Source of the DNA: an uncultured bacterium
GTDB taxonomy: Bacteria; Pseudomonadota; Alphaproteobacteria; Sphingomonadales; Sphingomonadaceae
NCBI GenBank assembly: GCA_903884945.1
Contig: CAISGR010000279.1
Span: forward strand, 10,966-74,965
Length of the DNA: 64,000 nt
Reading direction: 5' to 3'
The position numbers were made by a program, and so were the translations under genes. A model generated the notes under the pieces. The model did no database searches, was not told where the DNA came from, and saw only the letters and a list, made by a program, of their open reading frames with translations. Of this stretch, positions 56,225-64,000 are shown in pieces; within the stretch, counting starts at the first letter, position 1; each line of letters opens with the position of its first letter.

Positions 56225-58201
56225 ATGGCAACGCAGCAATCGGCGACCGTCAGCATCACCAACGCCAGCCGCGGCAATGCCGTCATCACCCTGTTCCACA
56301 GCAACAGCAGCAACGGGACGCAGCGCGGGCAATGGTCGGTCGGGCCGGGCGCGACGGGCGGGCCCCTGCCGGTGCTGTTCCAGACCGGCTTCGGCACCGG
56401 CGGCATCCTGGATTACTGGTCAGTCATGCTGTTCGTGAAGGACGGCCCCGATGCGGGGCTGTATATCAGCAGCGGCTCGGCGATCGTCCCGTGGTGGAAG
56501 GAAGCCCAGCTGCAGCATGCCGATGCCGGCGCGTCGCCGACCCTGTCGGTGAGCCCGACCAGCTTCGCCATCGCGCTGGCTTCCGGCACGACGCAGGACG
56601 GCACGACGCGGCTGTCGCCGGCGGCGACCAAGCCGATCAGCCATGTCTTCGTGCTGATGCTGGAGAACCGTTCGTTCGACAACATGCTGGGCATGTCCCG
56701 CCTGCCCGGCATCACCGCGGCCTCGACGGCGGATTCGAACAGCTATGTCGACCCCAAGGGCGTGACTCACACCTATTATGTGCAGCGCGGCGCCCCGCTG
56801 GCGCTGCCGTCCGATCCGGGCCACGAATTCGCCGACGTGGTCGAACAGCTATGCGGCCAGGGCAAGACCTTCGACAATGTGCCGCCGGCGCACATGGCCT
56901 ATCCGCCGATCACCAATGGCGGCTTCGCCGCCAGCTATGCCACCTCGACCACCGAATATCCGCACCTGCGGCCGCCGGCGATCGACGTGCAGGAGATCAT
57001 GGACTGTTTCGACACGCCGGCGCAGCTGCCGGTGCTCTACGCGCTGGCGGAGAAATTCGCGGTGTGCGACCACTGGTTTTCCTCGCTGCCCGGCCCGACC
57101 TGGCCGAACCGCTTCTTCCTGCACGGCGCATCCTCTGCCGGCTTCGACGACAGCCCGAAGAACACGCAGATCGTGCGCTGGGAGATACCGGGGAACGGCT
57201 TCAACTATCCGCATGGATCGATCTTCCAGCACCTCGACTCGGCGCGCATCCCCTATCGCTTCTACCATGATGCCGGTGCGGACTTCCTCAGCAGCTACAG
57301 CGACGATCCGGCTGCGGGATCGATCCTGGGGGCAGTGCCGCAGGTCTCGGCGCTGACCGGCATCAGCCTCACGGATTTCAACGGGATGGAGCAGTTCGCA
57401 TCCGACCTGCAGGGCCCCTACCCTTATCCCTATACCTTCATCGAGCCGCATTACGGGGACCTGACCGGCAATTATGCCGGCGGCTCATCCCAGCATCCGA
57501 TGGACGACCTCTATGGCGGCGAGCATCTGCTGGCGGCGACGGCCAAGGCGATCCAGGATTCGCCTTATTGGGAATCGAGCCTGTTGCTGGTCATCTATGA
57601 CGAGCATGGCGGCTTCTATGATTCGGTCCAGCCGCCGGCGGCGGTCCCGCCGGGCGACAACCCCGACTATGGCTATAATGTCCATGGCTTCGACTTCACG
57701 ACGCTGGGGGTGCGGGTGCCGGCGGTGATCGTGTCACCGCTGATCCAGCACTACACGGTCGACTGCACCCCCTACGACCATTCGTCGGTGCCGAAGCTGC
57801 TCGAGGACCTGTGGCAGCTCGCGCCGCTGACCCAGCGCGATGCGGCGGCCAAGTCGCCGCTCGCCGGCCTGGCCACCACGCCCCGCAGCGACCGCATCGA
57901 CATTCCGACCCCGATGCCGCCGCTGGGCGCGGCCAAGGCGGTGCGGACGATGGCGGCGCGCGCGGCGGCACTGGCCCAGCCGATCCCGGAATCGGGCAAT
58001 CTGGTCGGCGCGCTGGCCAATCTGCGCAAGGCCGATGTCGAGCTGTCGGGCGGCACACCCCTGGGGATCGCCGCGGTTGCCAGCCGCTATGCGGCCGTGC
58101 GGACCATGGCCGATGCCGAGGGCTATGCCGCCGAAGTGCTGGCGAAGGTGCGCATGGTGCAGCGCGAGCGCGCGACAGTGGCGCGGCAGCGCCCAAGCTG
58201 A
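56225..58201 (+). CDS. Phosphoesterase/phospholipase C-family (AcpA/PlcH superfamily) enzyme with about 130-aa N-terminal beta-rich domain
   Basis: HVFVLMLENRSFDNMLG, DPGHEF, CDHWFSSLPGPTWPNR, YDEHGGFYD, GVRVPAVIVSP, YDHSS; no signal peptide. Confidence 0.88.
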   Translation: MATQQSATVSITNASRGNAVITLFHSNSSNGTQRGQWSVGPGATGGPLPVLFQTGFGTGGILDYWSVMLFVKDGPDAGLYISSGSAIVPWWKEAQLQHADAGASPTLSVSPTSFAIALASGTTQDGTTRLSPAATKPISHVFVLMLENRSFDNMLGMSRLPGITAASTADSNSYVDPKGVTHTYYVQRGAPLALPSDPGHEFADVVEQLCGQGKTFDNVPPAHMAYPPITNGGFAASYATSTTEYPHLRPPAIDVQEIMDCFDTPAQLPVLYALAEKFAVCDHWFSSLPGPTWPNRFFLHGASSAGFDDSPKNTQIVRWEIPGNGFNYPHGSIFQHLDSARIPYRFYHDAGADFLSSYSDDPAAGSILGAVPQVSALTGISLTDFNGMEQFASDLQGPYPYPYTFIEPHYGDLTGNYAGGSSQHPMDDLYGGEHLLAATAKAIQDSPYWESSLLLVIYDEHGGFYDSVQPPAAVPPGDNPDYGYNVHGFDFTTLGVRVPAVIVSPLIQHYTVDCTPYDHSSVPKLLEDLWQLAPLTQRDAAAKSPLAGLATTPRSDRIDIPTPMPPLGAAKAVRTMAARAAALAQPIPESGNLVGALANLRKADVELSGGTPLGIAAVASRYAAVRTMADAEGYAAEVLAKVRMVQRERATVARQRPS

Positions 58202-58208
58202 GCCGGGG

Positions 58209-58229
58209 GCGCCGCCGACCCGGCGGCGC
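58209..58229 (+). terminator. Hairpin after the phosphoesterase gene
   Basis: GCGCCGCCG-ACC-CGGCGGCGC, 7 bp after the stop; no U-tract. Confidence 0.5.
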
Positions 58230-58523
58230 ACCAGCCACGACCCCGGCTCGCCCAGCCGGACCGGCAGCCGTCGCAGGCGCGGACCCGGCCTGCCACCCGT
58301 GCAGCGGGAATGCCCATCCCGGGCAGGCGACCCATGCCCCCTCGGCGCCGGCGCGATCATGATCGCCCCCGGCGCACGACTGCCACAAGCAGACGCCCCG
58401 CCGGCAGCCCGCGCGCCGGGCCGGCACCATCGTATTTTTCCCTAGGGCAAAACACTCACGCCGCCGGCCCGGCGCGCCATTCGCCTATAATTCTACGTAA
58501 TAATCGGGCGGCGCGAGGTTGTA

Positions 58524-60371
58524 ATGAAGTTAATGACGCGGATCTCCATCAGTAAACGAATATTAATCATCGGAGCTGCGTCCCTGATCGGCCTGATATT
58601 GGTGATCCTGCTGTCGATCGCGCAACTTAACAGCGCGCTGCGCAGCGGCTTCAACGATCGCACCAAGCAAACACTCGACGTCGCCTATAGTGTTCTCGAA
58701 CGATACCAGGCCGATGAACAGGCCGGCCGGATGACGCGCGCCCAGGCCCAGCAGGCCGCGAAGGAAGCGATCAGCGCCATGCGCTTCGGCAAGAAGGATT
58801 ATTTCTTCATCTTCGACACCGGCTTCATGATGCTCGTGCATCCGGCCAAGCCCGAGCTGATCGGCACGAACATCGCGAACAAGCCCGACGCCAAGGGCAA
58901 GTTCCATTATCGCGAGATGATGCAGGTGGCGACGACGCGCGGCGCCGGCTTCGTCCAATATGACTACAAGATGCCCGACGGCAGCGGCAACAAATCGAAG
59001 ATCTCCTACGTCCGCGCCTTCAAGCCATGGGGCTGGCTGATCGTCACTGGCGTGTTCGATTCCGAGATCCGCAGCGCAGTCGTCTCCGCCGCGCTCGATC
59101 TCGCCAAGGTCGTGGCCGCCATCCTCATCGGGCTGGCCGCGCTGATCTGGGTGGTGAGCCGCTCGGTCACCGTGCCGGTCAACCGGATCACGCAGCGCAT
59201 GCGCAGCCTGGCCGCCGGCGACACCCGATCGGACATTCCGGGCACCGACCGCCGGGACGAACTCGGCCAGATGGCGGAAGCGCTCAAGGTGTTCCGCGAC
59301 GATGCGATCGCCAAGGGCGTGGCCGAAGCCGCAAAGGCCGAAGCGGATGCCGACCAGGCGATGATCGTCACCCTGATCTCCGACAAGCTGGAAGGCCTGT
59401 CCCACGGCGACCTGACGGGCACGATCGAGGAGCGCGTGCCCGGCGCCTATGCCGCGCTCAAGAACAATTTCAACACGGCGCTGACCAACCTGCGCGGCCT
59501 GATCGCCGCGCTGGCGGAAGCATCGCAGAGCATCGAGACGGGATCGAACGAAATCGCCTCCGCCTCTGACGATCTGGCGCGGCGGACCGAAAGCAATGCC
59601 GCCAGCCTCGAGCAAAGCTCCGCCGCGCTCTCGCAGATGAATGCCCGGCTCAGCTCGAGCGCGGATTCGGCGGATCGCACGGTGGGGTGCGCACAGGACG
59701 CGATCGCGATGGTCCGGTCCGGCCGGTCGACCGCCGACCAGGCGAGCGAAGCGATGGACCGCGTGTCGGACAGCGCCAAGGGCATCGACAGCGTGATCGA
59801 GGGCCTCGACAAGATCGCGTTCCAGACGCGCGTGCTCGCGATGAACGCCGCCGTGGAAGCCGGGCGTGCCGGCGAGGCCGGCCGCGGCTTCGCGGTGGTG
59901 GCCGACCTCGTCTCGGCGCTGGCCATGCGCGCCGAGGAAGAAGCGGGCCGCGCCCGCGAGCAGCTGACCGCGACGCAGGACGATATCGTGATCGCCGTCG
60001 GCGCGGTGAACCGGGTGGACGCAGCGCTGGCGGATATCACCGGCAGCGTCGAGCAGGTCCACCAGTTCGTCGACGCCATGGCGAACGACAATCGCGCGCA
60101 ATCGCTGACGATCAGCGAGATCGCCACCGCCGTGAACGCCATGGACCGCGCGACCCAGCAGAATGCCGCGATGGTGGAGGAGACCTCCGCCGCCGCCCGC
60201 ACCCTGGCGAACGAAGTCGGCAAGCTCACCGACCAGTCCTCGCGCTTCAAGACCCAGCGATCCGACATGCGGACGACTGCCGCGCCGGCCCGCGCCATGC
60301 CGCCGGCGCCGCTGCCGCCGGGTGCCCTGAACGGGGCGCGAACCGCCGCCACGCTGGAATTCGCCGCCTGA
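58524..60371 (+). CDS. Methyl-accepting chemotaxis protein with single Cache sensor
   Basis: TM-Cache (YFFIFD...LVHP, K.SYV..F.PWGW..G)-TM-HAMP; IAFQTRVLAMNAAVEAGRAGEAGRGFAVVA; QQNAAMVEE. Confidence 0.95.
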   Translation: MKLMTRISISKRILIIGAASLIGLILVILLSIAQLNSALRSGFNDRTKQTLDVAYSVLERYQADEQAGRMTRAQAQQAAKEAISAMRFGKKDYFFIFDTGFMMLVHPAKPELIGTNIANKPDAKGKFHYREMMQVATTRGAGFVQYDYKMPDGSGNKSKISYVRAFKPWGWLIVTGVFDSEIRSAVVSAALDLAKVVAAILIGLAALIWVVSRSVTVPVNRITQRMRSLAAGDTRSDIPGTDRRDELGQMAEALKVFRDDAIAKGVAEAAKAEADADQAMIVTLISDKLEGLSHGDLTGTIEERVPGAYAALKNNFNTALTNLRGLIAALAEASQSIETGSNEIASASDDLARRTESNAASLEQSSAALSQMNARLSSSADSADRTVGCAQDAIAMVRSGRSTADQASEAMDRVSDSAKGIDSVIEGLDKIAFQTRVLAMNAAVEAGRAGEAGRGFAVVADLVSALAMRAEEEAGRAREQLTATQDDIVIAVGAVNRVDAALADITGSVEQVHQFVDAMANDNRAQSLTISEIATAVNAMDRATQQNAAMVEETSAAARTLANEVGKLTDQSSRFKTQRSDMRTTAAPARAMPPAPLPPGALNGARTAATLEFAA

Positions 60372-60477
60372 ACGCGGCCCCCGCGCCACCTGCCCACCCC
60401 TGCACCGCCCCCGGCAGCGCCACCAAGCGGGGGAGGTGCGGCCAGCCTTTGCCCGCCTTCCCCACCTGGAGCCACCC

Positions 60478-62055
60478 ATGAATTCCGCGATATCCCGCAT
60501 CCTGCCCGGCATCGGCCTTGTCGCGCTGTTCAACTGGCCGATTGCCGCCGGCGCCCAGACGCAGCCCGGAACGCCGACGCTGGAGAATGCGACGATCCTG
60601 GTGATCGCCCAGACCGACCAGCTCAGCCCGCGCGCGTTGCCGTCCACCCCGCCGAGCGAAGCGACGCAGGACCGCGCCCCGGCCAACCATTCGACCCGAG
60701 CCTATCCGCCCCAGGCCGACGGCCATGGCGTGAAGCTGGGCGGCTACAACAAATCCCGCTGGGCCGAGGACTGGCGCAAGATGCGCGACCCCGCCAATCG
60801 CCACGACTGGATCGACCGGCTGAAATTCCTGCCGCTCGACGCAGCCGGCGATATCTATGTGACGCTTTCGGGCGAAATGCGCCTGCGCAGCGATTTCTAC
60901 GCGAATCCGGGCCTGGTCGAAGCGCCGTCACGCCGCGAGGACCTGCTGCGGCTGATGGGCGGCGCCGATCTCCATCTCGGCCCGAATGTGCGCTTCTATG
61001 GCGAACTCGCGCATGGCGGGATCGGCGGCGACAATATCGGTACGCCCGCGGCCAAATCGCGCAACGCGCTGTTCGTCCAGCAGGCGTTCGGGGAGGTGAG
61101 CGGCACGATCGGGCCGGTCGTCCTGGGCGCGCGGTATGGCCGGCAGGAATTCACCGACGGCCCGTCGCTGCTGGTGTCGCAGAAGGACAACAACACGATT
61201 CGCAGCGCGCTCAACGGCTTTCGCGGATGGGTGCAGACCGATCGCGTGCGCGCCGACATCTTCGACTTCCGCTATACCCAGCTCGGCACCGGGGGGACCG
61301 GCGACGACCGGTCCGACCCGGCGACATCCTTCTCCGGCATCACCGCCGGGGTGGTGCTGGCCAGCCACAAGGGCCGCAAGCTCTATCTCGATCCGTTCGC
61401 CTGGCGCGAACGCATGGATGCGGTGCGCTGGGGCAAGACCACCGCGCGCTCGGTGCGCCATTTCTACGGGGCGCGGCTGTGGGGCGATGTCGGCCGGCTG
61501 ACGCTCGATTGGACGGTGGATCGCCAGGACGGCGATTTCGGCGGGCGCGACATCAGCGCCTGGCATTTCTCGCTGGCGCAGACCTATGCGCTGAAGGTGC
61601 ATGCGCTGTCGCCCGAGATCGGCATCCATTTCGATTATGGCAGCGGCGGCGGCAGCTATGACGGCGGCACGATCCGGGGCGCGACCGCCCCGGTGGCCGG
61701 CACCATCAGCTACAGCTACCAATCAGTGCTCAACATCACCAACCTGTTCCAGATCGGCCCGAACGTGACGATCGCGCCGATCAAGAACATATCGGTGACG
61801 ACTGAATATCTGCTCGGCTGGCGCGCCTCGGCAGCGGATGCCGTCTATCGCGGCAACGGCTCCGCCTATGCCGGGACGGAGAAGCTCAGCGGAAGCCATG
61901 TCGGCGATTCGCTGCGCGCCCAGGCCACCTGGAAGATCACGCCGCGCCTGTCGCTGATCGGGCGCTACGAATATTTCATGGCGGGATCGCTGCTGAGCCG
62001 GGTGAACTATACCGATTCGCAGTATCTGGCGGGCTGGGTGAGCTACCGCTTCTGA
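60478..62055 (+). CDS. Alginate-export-family (AlgE-like) outer-membrane porin
   Basis: YNKSRWAEDW, DRLKFLPL, GEMRLR, GRQEF..G..L.VS..DNN.IR...NG; C-terminal SYRF. Confidence 0.85.
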   Translation: MNSAISRILPGIGLVALFNWPIAAGAQTQPGTPTLENATILVIAQTDQLSPRALPSTPPSEATQDRAPANHSTRAYPPQADGHGVKLGGYNKSRWAEDWRKMRDPANRHDWIDRLKFLPLDAAGDIYVTLSGEMRLRSDFYANPGLVEAPSRREDLLRLMGGADLHLGPNVRFYGELAHGGIGGDNIGTPAAKSRNALFVQQAFGEVSGTIGPVVLGARYGRQEFTDGPSLLVSQKDNNTIRSALNGFRGWVQTDRVRADIFDFRYTQLGTGGTGDDRSDPATSFSGITAGVVLASHKGRKLYLDPFAWRERMDAVRWGKTTARSVRHFYGARLWGDVGRLTLDWTVDRQDGDFGGRDISAWHFSLAQTYALKVHALSPEIGIHFDYGSGGGSYDGGTIRGATAPVAGTISYSYQSVLNITNLFQIGPNVTIAPIKNISVTTEYLLGWRASAADAVYRGNGSAYAGTEKLSGSHVGDSLRAQATWKITPRLSLIGRYEYFMAGSLLSRVNYTDSQYLAGWVSYRF

Positions 62056-62138
62056 ACGCAGCGGGCGATTCGGGGGCGGGACGATGCGCGCGCGGGGCCT
62101 TGATTCAACCGTTGCGCGCCCTGCCCTATTCCGGCGGT

Positions 62139-62540
62139 ATGAACCGTCGCACCCCCCAGCTCGAAAACACCCTCCTCTCCGGCATCGAGGAGGGCATCCC
62201 GCTCCGCACACTGTGCCGGCGCAGCGGCATCCCGCGCAGCACCGTCCAGGGCTGGATGCGCGATCCGGATTTCGCGCGACGCATGGCGGAGGCGCGCACG
62301 ATCGGCTTCGAGCGGATCGTGGACGAGATCCTGGCGATCGCCGATGACAGCAGCGACGACTGGGTGGCGCGCGAGGTCGGCGACGACAGCGCTGCCGGGC
62401 CGCGCCGGACCGTGATGGTCTTCAACCCCGCTTCGGTCGCGCGCGCCAAGGCGCTGACCGACGCGCGGCTGCGGGTGCTCGCCTGCTGGTATCCCCGGCG
62501 GGCGGCGGGGCCGGGAACGGGCGGTGCAAGGCGTCCTTGA
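62139..62540 (+). CDS. Terminase-small-subunit-like protein (Sf6/P22-type), orphan
   Basis: IEEGIPLRTLCR...IP..TV..W...DF......AR..G.....DEIL.IADD..DDW...N...V.RAK...DAR pattern; no phage neighbours. Confidence 0.7.
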   Translation: MNRRTPQLENTLLSGIEEGIPLRTLCRRSGIPRSTVQGWMRDPDFARRMAEARTIGFERIVDEILAIADDSSDDWVAREVGDDSAAGPRRTVMVFNPASVARAKALTDARLRVLACWYPRRAAGPGTGGARRP

Positions 62541-62633
62541 TTCCGCTCAAACGCGCGCCATCGCGGCGCTGCTAGCCGGTGGGACGCCGGCGCGGCCGGC
62601 GATCGGGCGAGGTTTTCCCCAGCGAGGTTTGCA

Positions 62634-63407
62634 ATGGATAGCGCACCGAAGGCGAGCGCAGGCGGTTTCTGGCGGCGATCGCATCATCTCGACCGGATGA
62701 CGCTGGGCGAACTGGTGCGTGCCTATTTCTCGCATTACGCGATCATCGCCTATCTCCTGCTGACCGCCGTTTCGATCGGCGTCTGGGCGTGGCGGCCGGC
62801 CGGGCCGGTGCCGACGGTGGCGGCGATCGCGCTGGTGGTGCTGGCCTATCCGCTGATCTGGTATGTGCTGCACCGCTGGATCCTGCACTGCCACTGGATG
62901 TTCAAGACGCCGCTGCTGGCGGGCGTATGGAAGCGGATCCATTACGACCATCACCAGGACCCCAACCATCTCGAGGTACTGTTCGGCGCGCTCTACACGA
63001 CGCTGCCCACGCTGCTGATCGTGGCGGCACTGCCCGGATATCTGATCGGCGGCATCGGCGGCGCCGCGGCGGGATTCGGCGCCGGGCTGCTGTGCACCTG
63101 CTTCTACGAATTCTTCCACTGCATCCAGCACCTTTCCTACAAGCCGCGGATCCGCTGGCTGGCGGTGATGAAGGTGCGCCATGTGGAGCATCATTTCCAC
63201 GACGAGGACGGCAATTTCGGGATCACCAACTTCGCCTGGGACCGGCTGTTCGGCTCGCTCTACACGCGCATCGACCGGCCCATGAAGAGCCCGACGGTCT
63301 TCAACCTCGGCTACACGCCGGCAATGGCGGAACGCTATCCCTGGGTCGCGCAGCGATCCGGCGGGGTGGCGACCGGGCATCCCCGGCAACGGCGCAGGCG
63401 GGGATAG
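62634..63407 (+). CDS. Fatty-acid hydroxylase/sterol desaturase-family membrane di-iron enzyme
   Basis: His boxes HRWILH, HYDHH, HCIQH, HVEHHFH; NFGIT..WDRLFGS. Confidence 0.9.
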   Translation: MDSAPKASAGGFWRRSHHLDRMTLGELVRAYFSHYAIIAYLLLTAVSIGVWAWRPAGPVPTVAAIALVVLAYPLIWYVLHRWILHCHWMFKTPLLAGVWKRIHYDHHQDPNHLEVLFGALYTTLPTLLIVAALPGYLIGGIGGAAAGFGAGLLCTCFYEFFHCIQHLSYKPRIRWLAVMKVRHVEHHFHDEDGNFGITNFAWDRLFGSLYTRIDRPMKSPTVFNLGYTPAMAERYPWVAQRSGGVATGHPRQRRRRG

Positions 63408-63426
63408 CGGCGCCCTGCCGCTATCC
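63402..63426 (+). terminator. Hairpin overlapping the hydroxylase stop codon
   Basis: GGATAGCGGC-GCCCT-GCCGCTATCC perfect 10-bp stem. Confidence 0.55.
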
Positions 63427-63699
63427 GCACCGGCCCCTCCCCACTCCCCGGGGAGGGAGTGATCGGTTGCGAGAGGATGGGAATGCCTCCCGGGGCGTTT
63501 CCCGACCCTGCCGGGGGGCAGGATCGACCCGATCGCATCCGATCACTGCAGCGGGCGACTCACTGCAACGGACGACGCGCGGGGGCTGGTCCCCCGCCGG
63601 ATCGCGATCTTGGCGGTTGGCGATCGCCCGCGCCGCGGCGAGACCGGCGGGCGACGCGGCGCCGCGATTCGGCTATCCGGCGGCGCCCCGCATGAGGTG

Positions 63700-64000
63700 A
63701 TGATGAAGCCCGTTCCCCGCTCGCCCTGGATCACGCTGCACCGCTATCTCGGCCTTGCCGCGATTCCGCTGCTGGCCTTCGCGGCGATCACCGGATCGCT
63801 GCTGTGCATGGTGCGGCCGATCGACGCGGCGCTGAACGCCGACCTGTTTCGCCAACAGCCGGTGGCGAGCCCGTTGCCGGCGGCGATGGTGGTCGACCGG
63901 TTCGCCGCGCACCACCCGGAATGGCAGGTCCGCTCCTTTCCGCTGACGATCGCGGCGGACGAACGCATCCCGGTGAAGGCGGCGCGCGCCGACGCTCCCG
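63700..64000 (+). CDS. PepSY-associated TM helix protein (3'-truncated by window edge; absent from ORF track)
   Basis: My translation MMKPVPRSPWITLHRYLGLAAIPLLAFAAITGSLL...IDAALNADLF; LHRYLGL/TGS motif; RBS GAGG. Confidence 0.85.
   Translation, partial: MMKPVPRSPWITLHRYLGLAAIPLLAFAAITGSLLCMVRPIDAALNADLFRQQPVASPLPAAMVVDRFAAHHPEWQVRSFPLTIAADERIPVKAARADAP

Noticed and set aside
58552-58566. CtrA-like GTAA-N7-TTAA near the MCP start
   Set aside because: One mismatch and inside the coding sequence of an AT-rich TM segment; could be chance.
63430-63699. Possible cobalamin riboswitch or Fur box upstream of the terminal PepSY gene
   Set aside because: GC-rich hairpins and a TCACTGCARCGG repeat (63543, 63560) exist, but the B12-box core elements are missing and the Fur-like GCGACTCACTGCA has wrong spacing.
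1-64000. CRISPR arrays, rRNA, tRNA, IS/transposase, integrase
   Set aside because: None detected by eye; no regularly spaced repeats or DDE/tyrosine-recombinase motifs in any ORF.

Overview
High-GC alphaproteobacterial chromosome segment; gene content and style suggest Sphingomonas or a close relative (inference). About 46 CDS, with no rRNA, tRNA, CRISPR or intact mobile element seen. In order: an OmpR/HK pair; an L-arabinose module (sugar MFS, GntR, AraD1/GguC-like, GH51); MarR plus S41 peptidase; a Fur-box-preceded TonB receptor plus PepSY; a LysR-divergent hydrolase/SDR/SnoaL operon; a second two-component pair with a TonB receptor and acid phosphatase; an SDR-hypothetical-TetR operon; a complete starch/maltodextrin locus (TBDR, 3x GH13, GH97, LacI, MFS) with an embedded flavin-halogenase homologue; an uncharacterised MarR-controlled catabolic cluster (TBDR, FAD oxidoreductase, aromatic-acid MFS, divergent IlvD/Edd dehydratase, split aconitase X) marked by three copies of a shared 16-bp box; a GH3-PA14 glycosidase; an accessory islet with a 581-aa protein ending in a low-GC lambda-R-type muramidase domain followed by a lipoprotein (toxin-immunity-like pair), a VirB10/TrbI-like small protein and a phosphoesterase/PLC with an unusual N-terminal beta domain; then an MCP, an alginate-export-type porin, an orphan terminase-small-subunit-like gene, a fatty-acid hydroxylase and a truncated PepSY gene. 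Strongest candidates for undescribed systems: the muramidase/lipoprotein pair (52.6-55.0 kb) and the AcnX/IlvD/FAD catabolic regulon (38.8-48.9 kb). Family calls come from motif recognition only; no searches were run.
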